The notes beneath the pieces are model-generated. The model saw only the letters and a list, made by a program, of their open reading frames with translations. It ran no database searches and had not been told where the DNA came from. A DNA stretch of 64,000 bases from Squalus acanthias. Lineage: Eukaryota. Shown here one piece after another: positions 11,761-25,034 of this stretch. Made by a program: the position numbers and the translations under genes. The stretch spans positions 18,292,001 to 18,356,000 of the forward strand of contig CM059433.1 in the NCBI GenBank assembly GCA_030390025.1, given 5' to 3'. Every line of letters starts with the position of its first letter. The first letter of the stretch is position 1.

Positions 11761-12965
11761 TTTTAATCTTTCCTTTTAAATTTCAAAACTATGACAGAAT
11801 CCCCAAGGTGGTTTCATACTGTTTCTCATCAATTCATTTGGGCTCTGTGTCTGTGACATGATTTTGCTTCGAATTCATACAAATCCTTCAGTCCAACCAA
11901 CACATTGATGTGTATTACATTTTAAAATAAATGAAACTTTTTATTTTGCTTACTCATCTTAACACCATTCATTTGTAAGTTTAAAAAACCCTTTTATGCT
12001 AAGATAAACTGAATCACCATCAAATTTGTCTGCCCGATGTATATAGAAAATCTCTGACTGGTTTTCTGTTGTGTGAAGTGTCTTCGCTAATTTGTCTCGC
12101 ATGCAGTTGGTGATGAAGTTGGTTTCAAAGTGGAATAACTGTTAAATTTGTGCTTTCCGTTACATGGTCCTTCTCCTTGTTCTGCTTTTCATGCCCAACT
12201 AGAATACAGTTTCCAGTCCCCAATATTAAACATTTCACTCCTGTGTTTAAAGAAGATCCCTTCTGCTTTAACAAATTAATATTTCCGGCTTGAATTTGCA
12301 GTGAAACCTGTAAATTATGGACACGTTAGGGATTGGCATCAGTTGTGTCCTTATTTTGAAAATGGTCAGTGTATGCGCTGTTAAAATTTTGTTAACAATC
12401 TTGAAGAACCAGCTGAGATTATGATCAGCATCTAAGGAGCTGCAACAATGCTAAGAATCCCCCTCCCACACACCAGCGTTCAGCTCTGTTCACTTAACAG
12501 TTCTGCAGACTAAATTCCTGTTTCATTGCAAGCCACTCTCACTTGGAGCAGAATGTAATTTCAGTAATGAACTGTGTTTCTCAGTTCTACTTGGCAGCAT
12601 TAGGGCAGTCACGGTAAAAAAAAAAGGGGGGAAATATGATGACTGGTTGTGCCAGTATATTGAAGCTTTCAAAGGCAAGTCTTGGAACAGATTGAGAACA
12701 TTTGGAAGGGAAAACACAAGGTCACATTTTGTGCAGGAGTGAAACTGCAGTTTTCCGGTTGAGCAGTGAGTGTGCAGGAAGACTGACTGACAGCTGGGAC
12801 TCACAGGCCTGTCCCTCACGCTGTACAGTGACCGAGAGACCCGGGACAGCCATCCACCTTCACTCCCCATAGCCAAAGCTGTTCAAAGAAGCGGATCCAT
12901 CGTCAGGAGCCGAGGGAAGGAAGACGATAGCAGGGTTAGGGGGAGAGCAGCGGCTGAAGGAGTGT

Positions 12966-13038
12966 ATGGACGCTGCGCTGGGGCAGGATAGGACACGCTG
13001 GGCCTTGCTGTCCGCATGCACTTTCCTTGATTCGGGAG
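12966..13038 (+). CDS. ARHGEF10: Candidate first coding exon of ARHGEF10 (MDAALGQDRTRWALLSACTFLDSG)
   Basis: ATG in a unique, CpG-containing region; ends in phase 1 at GAG|GTTGGT, as needed to join the exon at 21740. The donor is weak and no homology was recognised. Confidence 0.3.
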
Positions 13039-13435
13039 GTTGGTGATATCGGCGCAAGGCGGCAGCGGGCTTTGTGGAAGAAACGGCTTTTGTCAAATGG
13101 GGAGTTCTTTACCCAGCATCCATAGTGGCAGAGAAACTGCTCTATCCCTGGGATAGAGCCGTGCAAGCATTCATACCCAGAGATTGAGCGGTTTCTCTGC
13201 TGCTGTGGATGCTGGGTAACGTGCTGCCCATTCCACAAGAGCCGTTCCTTTCACAGAATTTGCTGCCACCTCGCGCTGGCCTGCGTGTCCCGTGTTTTCA
13301 GTTGTGAAAGGGCGTGGTGCAGTGTAGGCTGTCCGTAGTTTGTCATTTGCGAGTTTACGGGGCTTCTTGTATAACTTAACCATGTAAGTTATTTGGGTCT
13401 CTCAAGGAGTCTGTTTTTTGGAAATGTCCTTTTGT

Positions 13436-13847
13436 AAAGAAAGAAAAAAAATCTTGCATTTATATCGCACCTTTCACGACCACCGGACGTCCCAAAGCGC
13501 TTTACAGCCAATTAAGTACTTTTTGAAGTGTAGTCACTGTTGTAATGTAGGAACAGCTAAGTTGTGCACAGCAAACTCCCACAAACAGCAATGTGATAAT
13601 GACCAGATAATCTGTTTTTTTTGTTGTGTTGATTGAGAGATAAATATTGGTCAGGACACCGGGGATAACTCCCCTGCTCCTCTTCGAAATAGTGCCATGG
13701 GATCTTTTCTGTCCACTTGAGAGAGCAGGTTTAACGTCTCATCCAAAAGACGGCACCTCTGACGATGCAGCACTCCCTCAGTACTGCACTGGAGTGTCAG
13801 CCTAGATTTTTGTGCTCAAGTCTCTGGAGTGGGACTTGAATCCACAG

Positions 13848-13888
<41 letters not shown>

Positions 13889-13896
13889 GCTGACAC
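13436..13896 (-). mobile_element. tRNA-derived DeuSINE (SacSINE1-like)
   Basis: A box TGGCTCAGTGG, B-box-like GGATTCAAGTCC, Deu-domain-like body, L2-type tail ...GATATAAATGCAAG. Confidence 0.88.
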
Positions 13897-15290
13897 AGGT
13901 TTCACTGCAGCTGATTTTATCTACGAAGGAGCATCTTTTTGGCCAGTAGCTTGGTAAAATTGATCTGGAGCAGAGCGTATTGCTGCACTCCATCCCAGAG
14001 TCGAGTTGTGATTCTGGATTTGCTCTGCAACTTTAGCATTGGTACAAAATGCAACCACTTTGCATCACTGCAACAGTTGTACTGTATACTCAGCCTTTTA
14101 CAAAGTATGGACCTGAAGTTGTTTCTGAGCACTCACTTACATAGTGTATAAATTGGGAATTCCCAACAGCCCTCTTTGGAAAATATGCTTGCAGCTGCTG
14201 ATGCACAGAGTGTTGTGCTTATGATGGTCTCCATTGGACCTGCCATTACTAGGTAAACTGTTTTCCGTACTTTACATAATAAAAATCTACATGGATATTA
14301 TGGTGGTATATGTGGTAAAGATAAATAAATTGTGAAGATTTAACTCTCATCTTCAAGGTACAATTATTTTATGCAAATGTTTGCGACTTTTCTTGGCACT
14401 AAAACTAGATTTGGCAGGAAGTAGTGTTTATTTAAATATCTATTGTAGACCTTCCCACTCTTTTTTCAAGGAAAAGCTGACAGTATCGACGTAAGCACTT
14501 AATTTATGATATCCGTGTGTTGTGTATCTCTGGCAAGCAGTTTACTTTTTCCTTCCACAAATTGATTGATTCAGTGTGGTAAGTACCTCTTCTCTATTGA
14601 GGCAATTTGTAGATGACTTCATTAAAACTGCAATAAATTTTAAGCAGAGATGCCAGGTGGCCCTTGGCTTGGGTCTAAATCCTCATTTCATGGTCAAAGA
14701 CTTCTGAATTCAATTATACATCTTAAATTAAATCAGAAGGTTAGCTGTGGTGTTGCTTGTGATAGTCTGAAACCTAGAATGCAATCTCTGATGTTTACCA
14801 TGGTTCCACTCCAGCGTAAATGTGATGATAGCAAATTTACTGGATTAGTACATGATATGACTAACTCAAGGTTAAAATAAAATACACACTTCACTCATAG
14901 TGAAAGATAACAAGTCTCAACAATGTAATTATTATTTACCTATCACTTTACAAAACTTGCCTGAGGTGCAAGTAACTTTTTGTCCTTCCCTGCTGCCAAC
15001 CTCTTACTGTCCCAGTTATTTACATCATCAAATATGAATTCTTTAACTGTAGCTCTCAGTAGATTATCAATATTTGCTCAAGATTCTTTCTCTTCCTCCT
15101 CTCCATAATTTAACATGATCATAAAAGATATTTTTCTTCCCCTCATCTCCCACTATGCATCTGTAGTACTTGGTGTAGCAGTATCCAGGGAGGAGGTTCC
15201 CCCACTGTCAAGTCTCCACTGACCAGCGCCTGAACAGGTAGTTATTAACCGTGGTGTGAGCCCAACTGGCTGGCTGACTCCAGTCACATT

Positions 15291-16031
15291 GGCCCTGAAT
15301 TTCCGATCGGAGGTTTCCTGCGGGCAGATGCCTCCGGTCGGGAAATAAATCTACGAACCTACCTGCTGGCTCCGTCGATCCCGAGGCTTCCGATCCTGGG
15401 CCTCTCCTGTTGGAAGTGCGCAGAGGCCCACGTATCCCAGGGGCCCGTGCGGTTCGCAAGCGCCCCTGGGATCACATGGGCCAGGCGAACCAATCAAAGA
15501 AGGGAATCCCCCTTCATACTTTTGACAGTTCTGTCCGTACGGAACTGTCAAAAGTATGAATGGGGATCACATTTAAAAACACACTAAAACATTAAATAAT
15601 TTTTTTTTAATTACTTAATTAAAATAAATTAAAATTCCATTTAATGAAATATTTTTAATTTAATTTTTTTTTTAATGTTTTTACGCAGCTAAAAATAAAC
15701 TTACCTTTTTGAAGAGTACTTTTAATTTATAAATGAGTTATCAAATTTAATTTTTCTATTTTTCAACACTCTAATAAGCTGGTAAAAGCAGGCCTTTGGC
15801 TTTTACCAGGCATAAGAATTCTATGGCCTTTCAGCGGGCGGATGTTGTGCAGAAAGCAGAACTCTCCACCCGCAGAGGCACTTTTCCCGGGCAGGCGGAT
15901 GATCTGTCAAGAGAATACTTGACAGATCAGAAGTGCCGGGTTTTAGCGCATGTGCTCCGCACACCTGAAACCGGCACTTGCGAGGCCCCTACGGGCGCGT
16001 ACGCACCCATGGGGGTCGGAATATCCGACCC
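15291..16031 (-). mobile_element. MITE family A, copy 2 (opposite orientation)
   Basis: Ends GGCCCTGAATTTCCGATC ... GGTCGGAATATCCGACCC; internal homology to 10384-11090. Confidence 0.85.
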
Positions 16032-16962
16032 AATGACTGAGATCAGCATCAACACTCCTCGGTCCCCTGTGGAAACATCAGCTGCCCTCGGTGATGCACA
16101 AAAATCTCTTCATTCCAAACAACACCATTCACACCGAATTTTTATTTAATGGCTTAATCTGTTTTTAAAAAAGTAAACTTTAAAAAAAAATGAAGTGGAA
16201 TTTTGCTTTTTGCACCACTCCCTGCAATACTCAACAGTTGTCAGCTGTAGAATGTTCTGGTGAGTTTGATACTGTTGTTCTCCTGGAGCAGAGTGCAAAC
16301 AATCCCATGCTGCATGATTCTCTCTAACACACCCACACCCACACTGGTCCCTAGCAGCTGGATATCTCCAGCACTCCGGCCCAGGTGAAGGGTGCAACTC
16401 AAAGCCCAAGCTCCAGATGAATGGACAGACCTACACGAGGGTAAATTTTTTGCAGGCATTTCTAACATTAAAGAAGGAATTTTTTTTGGTTACATTTAGT
16501 GACTTTTTTTTCAGAATTGCATCTTTTTTACATTATAAATGTTATTTCTAGTACTAATTTAAATCAAGGATGAAATATTGACCTGAATGAAGAAGGAAAT
16601 GGCAGCTTAAAAAAAAAATCATGTGAAGAAATTTGAGTGATTTGATTGAGTTTGTGGTAGTTGGTGGTTCGTCAATAGCAGCTTTGAGCGGGGGGGAAAA
16701 AAAATGGGGAATTGATTTCTTTGGCCAGGAAATTGCAAAGGTTTGGTCGGTCATAAACCTAGCAGATCGATCTGAGGTGGTTGGAGTTTGGGACTTAGGT
16801 CTGCGAGGTGTATGAGCCAAACTTCTGGTAGTGGACCACAGGACTCGCAGTTTTGGGGACTTCGTTTTATTCTAGTTACTTATTCCTCATTGGTATGTTT
16901 TGCTACTAATTGACTCATTGACATTTAGTCAATTGGCCAGTAACTTAACAGTTAAGTAGTGG

Positions 16963-17780
16963 TTTTTTTCTAATTTGTTTGTGGGATGTGGGCGTCACTG
17001 GCAAGGCCAGCATTTATTGCCCATTCCTAATTGCCCTTGAGAAGGTGGTGCTGAGCCACCGCCTTGAACCGCTGCAGTCCGTGTGGTGAAGGTACTCCCA
17101 CAGTGCTGTTAGGGAGGGAGTTCCAAGATTTTGACCCAGCGACGATGAAGGATCGGCAATATACTTCTAAGTCAGGATGGTGTGTGACTTGGAGGGGAAC
17201 TTGGAGGTGGTGGTGTTCCTATGCACCTCCTGCCCTTGTCCTCTAGGTGGAAGAGTCGCAGGTTTGGGAGGTGCTGCCGAAGAAGCCTTGGCGAGTTGCT
17301 GCAGTGCATCTTGTAGATGGTACACACTGCAGCCACGGTATGCCAATGATGGAGGGAGTGAATGTTTAAGGTGGTGGATGGGGTGCCAATCAATCGGGCG
17401 GCTTTGTCCTGGATGGTGTCGAGCTTCTTCAGTGTTGTTGGAGCTGCACTCTTGCAGGCAAGTGGAGAGTATTCCATCACACTCCTTACTTGTGCCTTGT
17501 AGATGGTGGAAAGGCTTTGGGGAGTCAGGAGGTGAGACACTCGCCGCAGAATACCCAGCCTCTGACCCGCTCTTGTTGCCACAGTATTTATGTGGCTGGT
17601 CCAGTTAAGTTTCTGGTCAATGGTGACCCCCAGGATGTGGATGGTGGGGGATTCAGTGATGGTAATGCTGTTGAATGTCAAGGGGCGGTGGTTAGACTCT
17701 CGCTTGTTGGAGATAGTCATTGCCTGGCACTTGTGTGGCATAAATGTTACCTACCACTTATCAGCTCAAGCCTGAACGTC
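16963..17780 (-). mobile_element. 5'-truncated copy of the LINE family at 728-3960
   Basis: ORF 17172-17741 (LGVTIDQKLNW...MEYSPLA) plus the same 3' tail. Confidence 0.9.
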
Positions 17781-18000
17781 GTATTTGAGCCAATCACAAT
17801 TATATTTGCCCATTTAGAGATGTCACACCTTCAAATGTGATGCCTTTGAGAGTTGTGATATAATGGATTCATACTAGTCAAGACCTGTAGTCATATACAT
17901 AACTTTTAGGATCCTGACAGTCAGAGAGAGAGAGGGAAGTAGATATCTAGGTACATATGGGGAGTGGGAGAGAGAGATATGTGGGAGAGTGATCAATCTG

Positions 18001-18280
18001 AATAATTTAATTTGATTAACATCAACAGAACCAACTTATGGGGTACATATTTAAAGCCATTTATTTTATTTCGGGAGGTGTCACCTTGAGCTCGGTGCTG
18101 GCCTCACAACATTCTGCTCGGGCAAAGCACACTCCAGCGCATGCATTTCAACCACGTGGAGAGCTCTGGACATTGGAGTCCACCTGCTGAAGAACTAGTT
18201 TATCTTGAACAGACTGCCCTGTTTCTTCGTTACTGACATTAGAAACTGAAAGAAACCAGTTGACTGGTTGGTTGGGAGCT
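18001..18280. repeat. Unclassified ~275-bp dispersed repeat, copy 2
   Basis: Direct-orientation homolog of 11489-11760. Confidence 0.8.
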
Positions 18281-18284
18281 CTTC

Positions 18285-18900
18285 AACCCTTCTCACTATC
18301 TTGGTGACAATTTTAAATTGATGATCCCTTGTAACTGACTCTCCAACTAGAGCAAATGTTCTTTCCCAATTCACTATCAAAACCTTTAAATAATTTTTTT
18401 AAACTTCTGTTAAATCTCCTAGCCTTCTCCACTCTAGTGGAAATAGTCCCAGTATCTCAATTCTCCTCCTAACTATAGTTTCCATCCCTGGCATCACCCT
18501 GGTGTATTTTCCTTGTATGCTTTCTATGGTTTTGATGTCTTCTAGTATGATCATTTGTTCTCGCGATATGGGTGACGCTGGCAAGGCCGCATTTGTTGTC
18601 CATCCCAAGCTGCCCTGAGAAGGTGATGGTGAGCCGCCGCCTTCAACCACTACAATTCTGGTGGTGTTGGTACTCCCACAATAGTGCTAGATCAGGAATT
18701 CCAGCATATTGAACTCCTTGTGGAGATGGAGGAGTGGCAATATATACATAACCAAGTCAGTATGCTGGGTGTCTTGGAGGGGAGCTTGGAGATGATGGTG
18801 TTCCCACAACATTGCTGCTCTTGTCCTTCTCGGTGGTAGAGGTCGCGGGGGAAGAAAGGTGCTGTTGAATTAACCTGAGTCATTGCTGATAGATTCATCT
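18285..18900 (-). mobile_element. Old CR1 3' fragment (~18285-18545) next to an old 3' fragment of the 728-3960 LINE family (~18553-18900)
   Basis: IESIQGKYTRVMPG / LGLFPLEWRRLGDL (CR1 C-terminus) and a degenerate CTTGCCAGCGTCACCCATATC tail. Confidence 0.7.
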
Positions 18901-19446
18901 GATTTTCTTCTCCTTATTGAGCTTAGGGATTTTTGAATTTTCAGCAGCGTTTAATACAAGAGAATTGCATCCAATTGGAACTTTTGAACCTGTACAAAAT
19001 AAATTGCAGATAATCGTAGAATAGTACAGCACAGAAGGAGGCCATTTGGCTCAGCGCCAGATGTGTGCACATATTTGTATTACCAATTCCTATTTAAATA
19101 TAGGATAACTGCAGAAAGCTCTATTCATCAGGATTCCTGTGGTTTGTTTACACACCTCTGCCTGAGGCTTTTTTTCTTAAATTGGCACAACATCCATTTA
19201 TAGTTTTTAATGTGAAAAGCAAAAATAGGCTCACTTAATCTTAACCATCTGGACAGCATTGCTCCTTTCAGAATAACTTATTTAGAATACTTTAGGATAT
19301 TTTTTAAAGGAGTTGCATTCCTCAATCTGGCATTGTGTGGGAATGGTTAGTAGTATTTCTGGCAATGTGTGAATTAGAATCATCTCTAGATTGGCAACAC
19401 TGCCACATCAAGACTCCTATTTTACTTGTGGACAAACTGCAGCTAC

Positions 19447-19970
19447 ATAGAAACATAGAAAAATAGGAGCAGGAGTAGGCCCTTCGAGCCTGCTCCGCCA
19501 TTCAATATCATGGCTGATCCTCTATCTCAATACCATATTCTCACTCTCTCCCCATACCCCTTGATGCCTTTTGTGTCTAGAAATCTATCTATCTCCTTCT
19601 TAAATATATTCAGTGACTTGGCCTCCACAGCCTTCTGTGGTAGAGAATTCCACAGGTTCACCACCCTCTGAGTGAAGAAATTTCTCCTCATCTCAGTCCA
19701 AAATGTCCTACCCCTGTATCCTGAGACTGTGACCCCTCGTTGTAGACCCCCCCCAAGCCAGGGGAAACATCCTCCCTGCATCCAGTCTGTCTAGCCCTGT
19801 CAGAATTTTATACGTTTCAATGAGATTCCCTCTCATTCTTCTAAACTCAGTGAATACAGGCCTAGTCGACCCAATCTCTCCTCATACGACAGTCCTGCCA
19901 TCCCAGGAATCAGTCTGCTGAACCTTCGCTGCACTCCCTCTATGGCAAGTATATCCTTTCTTAGGTAAGG
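19447..19970 (-). mobile_element. CR1 3' fragment
   Basis: EMRRNFFTQRVVNLWNSLP and the CR1 tail microsatellite. Confidence 0.9.
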
Positions 19971-21739
19971 AAGTTAGTGAAGTTACAGCTACTGAAAGTG
20001 GGATTGAGTGTTAAAAAGATATTGAACATAACTGCTGGATTCTTCATGTTAGTTTGATGTTCTCTAAAGCAGGGGGATCAATTTGAATGGTTCCTGAGAT
20101 GACAAAAGAGATTAAAAACACCCAGGCGCATAGACACTGACGATTGTTAAATCTGTGTAATTATGTAATCGTCTTCGTTGGGACCTACCAGTATTGGTAA
20201 GAAATTAAAGCAGGACTGGTGGCAAAAGATTGAAATACCACGCGGCAATAGAGTGCCACTCTGTAAAGCTTTGACATACAGGTCAACGCTGAGGTAAATG
20301 AAGGGGAGTAATGATCGTGTTTTTTAGCATAAGAACTTAAGAATTAGGAGCAGGAGTAGGCCATACGGCCCTTGGAGCCTGCTCTGCCATTCAGTAAGAT
20401 CATGGCTGATATTCAACCTCAATCCTTTTGGTTTTTTAAAAACTAAATGGGTAGCACAGGCAGCAATAAGTTTTAACTGTCCAGCAACTGTAAAATAAAT
20501 TGATGTTTATTGAGGAGAGGTGCTAAGCTGTAGGTATTGAGAGTCTACGTAAGGAAACCAATATTAGAAAGGATGCCTGAAGAAGCAAAGATCAAAAGGG
20601 GACCCCAGTAAGCAGTAAAATCAAAGAGCTCAGACCAGAGATGATAAAGTATGGATAAAAGAGGGCAAACAGGAGAAATAAGATTGAGAGGGCAGTATTT
20701 GATAGATCTTTGGAGATTAAGAGGTGTTTTGCTATGGATTGCTCACAAACAACACGCTTTAGTGTCATGATCTTCCAAAACTCTCTTGATTCGGGAATTG
20801 TCCCCTTGGATTGAACAATTGCCAATGTCACTCCAGTATTTAAGACTTTTAAAACTCAATCTTGGTAACACTTCATCCCTATTCTTGATTTACCTCATTT
20901 GTCTTCCATACCTTGATGATGTCCGGCATAATGGCCTGTCCCTTCACCTTGATTTTGAAATTTTTAAAAAGTATCTCCATTCTAAGCACACTTTAATCAG
21001 CATGTGACTTTATTTCAACTACAAATACCTATTTTGACATTATGTTTGCAGTCAACATTCCCGCTAAGTCGCACGGTCGCGCAGTGGGCTGGAGGTCCCG
21101 CGCAGGCCGCTCACCGGCTTTTCGATGCCAGAAACCGCGCATGCATGAAAATTTGAATGGGCTGCGCAGCCAGTTAAAGGGACTGTACACCAAAAAAAAA
21201 TTACATGGAACACGGTTCACAATATTGCCTATTGCTTTAAATGAAAGTTAAAGCTTGCATTATTTTGGAATGGGATGAATTGTATTGGGTTATAATATTG
21301 CGGTCTTGTATGTGTATATATTATTTATGTGCTGTGGGTCTCCTGGTGCTGCAGTTGAGAACAATTAAATTCTAAGGCTGAATGAAGTTGTGCATTGGAG
21401 GCTTAGTGATTGTCAGGCAGGTGCAATCCTGTTTTTGACTTGCCCATGTGGAATGATTAACTGTATGGTTTTAACCTTCCAAGTCATGCATTGACCCTTA
21501 ACCAACAGACATGTGATCTGTTCCACTGCAATACCACAATGCTGCTCTTGAACTATTTTGAGGGGGGCGGCGAGAATGAAGTCCAGCTAAGATGGACACT
21601 GAACGATTAGGGAATGTTAAGGGATGTGGTCTGTCAATACATGTTTATGCAGCTGGCCATATCTCATACATGCTTTGTAAAGGAAAAAAAAGGTTTGTGG
21701 AACTTTTTTCCTAATTGTATTATTTCTATTTTTCTTCAG

Positions 21740-22024
21740 TGCTAGAAAATGAACTTCCATACGTTGATGATGATGATCAAGAGGAGGGAAAAGTATTTGA
21801 TTTTGACAGTGATGAGATACCAGAAGCAGACAGAGAGCCCACCTCTGAACCTGTGCCTGTGTTTATAAATGAGACGGAACACTGCACTACACAAAACTCG
21901 ACACAGAAAAATGTTACTTCGGATGCATCGCCTGAGAACAATGGATATTACGAAATATCGGAAACAAATAACTTGCCTCCATGCAGAAATGATTTAGATC
22001 AAGATCCTGATGCAATGGCACAAG
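21740..22024 (+). CDS. ARHGEF10: ARHGEF10 coding exon A ((V)LENELPYVDDDDQEEGKVFDFDSDEIPEADR...AMAQ), phase 1-1
   Basis: Matches the recalled ARHGEF10 N-terminus (ENE...FDFDSxDEIPEADR); acceptor TTTTCTTCAG (alternative in-frame TAG at 21745), donor AAG|GTATTC. Confidence 0.9.
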
Positions 22025-22084
22025 GTATTCGTAGTACAAATAAATTAGACTAGTTACAAATCCTAACAATGACTGACCTATTTC

Positions 22085-22660
22085 AAAATATGCTACAGTT
22101 GTATAAAGCTCTTGTTAAACTGCATCTGGTGTACTGCATTCTGCTTGGGCACCGCACCGCAGGAAGGATATATTGGCCTTGGAGGGGGGTGCAGCGCAGA
22201 TTCACCAGAATGATACCGGGGTTAAATTATGAGTACAAGTTGCACGGACTAGGCTTGTATTCCCTTCAGTATAGGATATTAAGGGGTGATTTAATTGAGG
22301 TGTTTAAGAGGATTAAAGAATATGATCTGATAGGGTAGATAGAGAGAAACTATTGCCTCTGGTGAGGGAGTCCAGAACAAGGGGGCAAAACCTTAAAATT
22401 AGAGCTAGGCCGTTAAGGGGTGATGTCAGAAAGCACTTCTTCACACAAAGGGTGGTGGAAATCTGGAACGCCCTCCTGTTGAGGCTCGGTCAATTGAGAA
22501 TTCCAAAACTCTGATTGATTGATTTTTGTTAGGTAAGGGTATTAAGGGATATGGAACCAGGGCAGGTAGAAGGAGTTGTGATACAAATCAGCCATGATCT
22601 AATTGAATAGGGGAACAGGCACAAGGGGCTGAATGGCCTCCTCCTGTTCCAATGTTCCTT
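22085..22660 (+). mobile_element. CR1 3' fragment
   Basis: LYKALVKLHL...VQRRFTRMIPG...RGDLIEVFK and CR1 tail. Confidence 0.85.
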
Positions 22661-23254
22661 AAATTACATCACTGGGCCTGCGCCTGGAGCAGGTGTGTGC
22701 TCGCCATAACTGTGCTTATGAGACCGGAGGAGATGGGTGTTCCTGACTTCCGGCCTCATCGTTTTTGTTGGAGCATTGGGTGTTCCAGTGAAGGGGTGCC
22801 TGAAGAAACCTGGCGAAAGGACTTACTGGTGTCTAACATGGAGCCTGAAGATTTTTAAGGTTTGTGTACATCTTAGTGGTTTCACCGCCCCAAGCTGGAT
22901 GTTCTTTGGGGCTTTCTAGCAGCAGTCAAAAAGTCCCAATGGCCTGCAGCTATTATTCTGTTTTACGCCCTGCTTTCTGGTGCTAGACCCAGCCTTACCT
23001 TGTGAGTGGCTTGGTTTGTTGATTAATTTTGCTAACTTGAGGTAACCGAACCCATGTGACGTTGTATGAGAATAGGCAGAGTAACCTTTCAGAACAGTTT
23101 TTAAACACAGTGGAGCCCAAGTGAAACGAGTCCGACTTGTCAGAGAACAAGATGCTATTATTGACGGTCTATCCAATTTGTTCACTCCAAGGTAGTAGTT
23201 CCTCCAAAAAAGGTATGATTTCTTCCTCTGCGGTAATGCTTCCCACGTTCATCA

Positions 23255-24610
23255 ATGGTTCATGTCGACCCTTCCCTTCCCTTCCTCCACTTCTCTGTCT
23301 CCATCTCTGGGGATAGGCTATTGACAAAAATTCACTACAAGCCCACTGACTCCCACAGCTACCTGGACTACACTTCCTCCGACCCCGCTTCCTGTAAGGA
23401 CTCTATTCCATTCTCACAGTTTCTATGTCTCCGCCGCATCTGCTCTGACGATGCCACCTTCCGTACTAGTGCTTCCGACATGTCTTCCTTTTTCCTCAAC
23501 CAAGGATTCCCCTCTACTGTGGTTGACACGGCCCTCAACCGTGTCTGTTCTATTTCCCGCACTTCTGCTCTCACCCCTTCCCCTCCCTCCTGGAACCACG
23601 ATAGGGTTCCCCTTGTCCTCACCTTTCACCCCGCCAGCCTCCACATTCAACGGATCATCCTCCGCCATTTTCGCCACCTCCAGCGTGATCCACCACCAAA
23701 CACATCTTCCCCTCACCTCCCCTTTCAGCATTCCGAAGGGACCGCTCCCTCCGCGACACCCTGGTCCACTCCTCTATCACCCCCAAAACCCCTTCCCCTT
23801 CACCCGGCACCTTCCCGTGCAAGTGCAGGAGATGCAACAGATGCCCTTTTACCTCTTCCCTTCCCACTGTCCAGGGCCCCAAACACTCCTTCCAGGTGAA
23901 ACAGTGATTTACTTGTACTTCCTGCGATTTAGTATACTGTATTCGCTGCTCACGATGCAGTCTCCTCTACATTGGGGAGACCAAACGCAGATTGGGTGAC
24001 CGCTTTGCGGAACACCTCCGTTCAGTCCGTAAGGGTGACCCCAAGCTTCCGGTCGCCTGTCACTTTAATTCTCCGCTCCACTCCCACTCTGACCTCTCCG
24101 TCCTCGGCCTCTCACACTGTTCCAATGAAGCTCAACGTAAGCTCGAGGAACAGCACCTCATCTTTCGATTAGGCACTTTACAGCCTTCTGGACTCAACAT
24201 AGAGTTCAACAATTTCAGACCATAACCTCTGCCTGTTTCCTTTTTTTCCATTTTTTTTTTCTCTCTCCCACATGGCAGCTGTCTTTCATTCTGCCAGTGC
24301 CATTTACACTTCATCTAGAGCCATCTTTTGTTTCTTAACTTGTCCCATTCCCATCTCCTTTTGCCTTGCACCATCTCTTAATCTCTCTAACGTCTCTTCA
24401 ACTCTCCTGCCTTCCATCCTATCACAGACCTTCCCTTTTGTTATTTCCTACCCTTCCCCCTTTCCCTGCCCCTGCACTTGCTTAAAAACCTGTTCCATCC
24501 AACTTTTTCCAGTTCTGACGAAGGGTAATCGACCTGAAACGTTAACTCTGTTTCTCTCTCCACAGATGCTGCCTGACCTGAGTATTTCCAGCATTTTCTG
24601 TTTTTATTTC
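23255..24610 (+). mobile_element. Penelope-like element, 5'-truncated: RT C-terminus, GIY-YIG endonuclease and pseudo-LTR
   Basis: LPFL..HYKPTDSHSYLDYTS (PLE RT end); VYCIRCSRCSLLYIGETKRRLGDRFAEH...HFNS...GLNIEF (GIY-YIG); frameshift and in-frame stop; pLTR with a hammerhead. Confidence 0.93.
24511..24547 (+). ncRNA. Minimal hammerhead ribozyme in Penelope pLTR
   Basis: AGTT-CTGACGA-AGGgtaatcgaCCT-GAAA-CG-T-T-AACT; palindromic stem III AACGTT; stem I AGTT/AACT. Confidence 0.72.
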
Positions 24611-25034
24611 TGAGATATTAGTAGTTCTAATTATGTTGTTAATAAGACTGGTTAATGACATTAAATAAGATGATGTCTTCCTGCAACTGAGTAGCTGAAT
24701 GTTTGCAAATACACAAAGAACAATTAAGATTCTACTTTACTGCAAATGTTCAAAGTTTTTGTGGAAAACCAAAAAGATAGGAGGAAGCAGAAGATTGGCT
24801 ATCATTCTCAATTGCCACTTAGCAAGCTTTCTAATCTCAGTTGTCGACAGTTGGTTGCGGAGAGTCATAGACCAAAACAAAAGCAATTCTCCACAAGAAG
24901 GAATGGAAAAGCTGGTCAGTCCCTTTGGCTGTTTTATAGATACCATCGACAGATGCCTTGGGAACAGAGCTGAGATCCTCCTCCCAGCAGAGATGGTGTG
25001 GAGGCTCAGGATTTCCAACTGCCCTTGAAACATT

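Noticed and set aside
16345..16445. First coding exon ending AGG|GTAAAT
   Set aside because: Its ATGs give phase 0 or 2, the phase 1 frame has an upstream stop, and the segment resembles 61490-61585, suggesting an old repeat.
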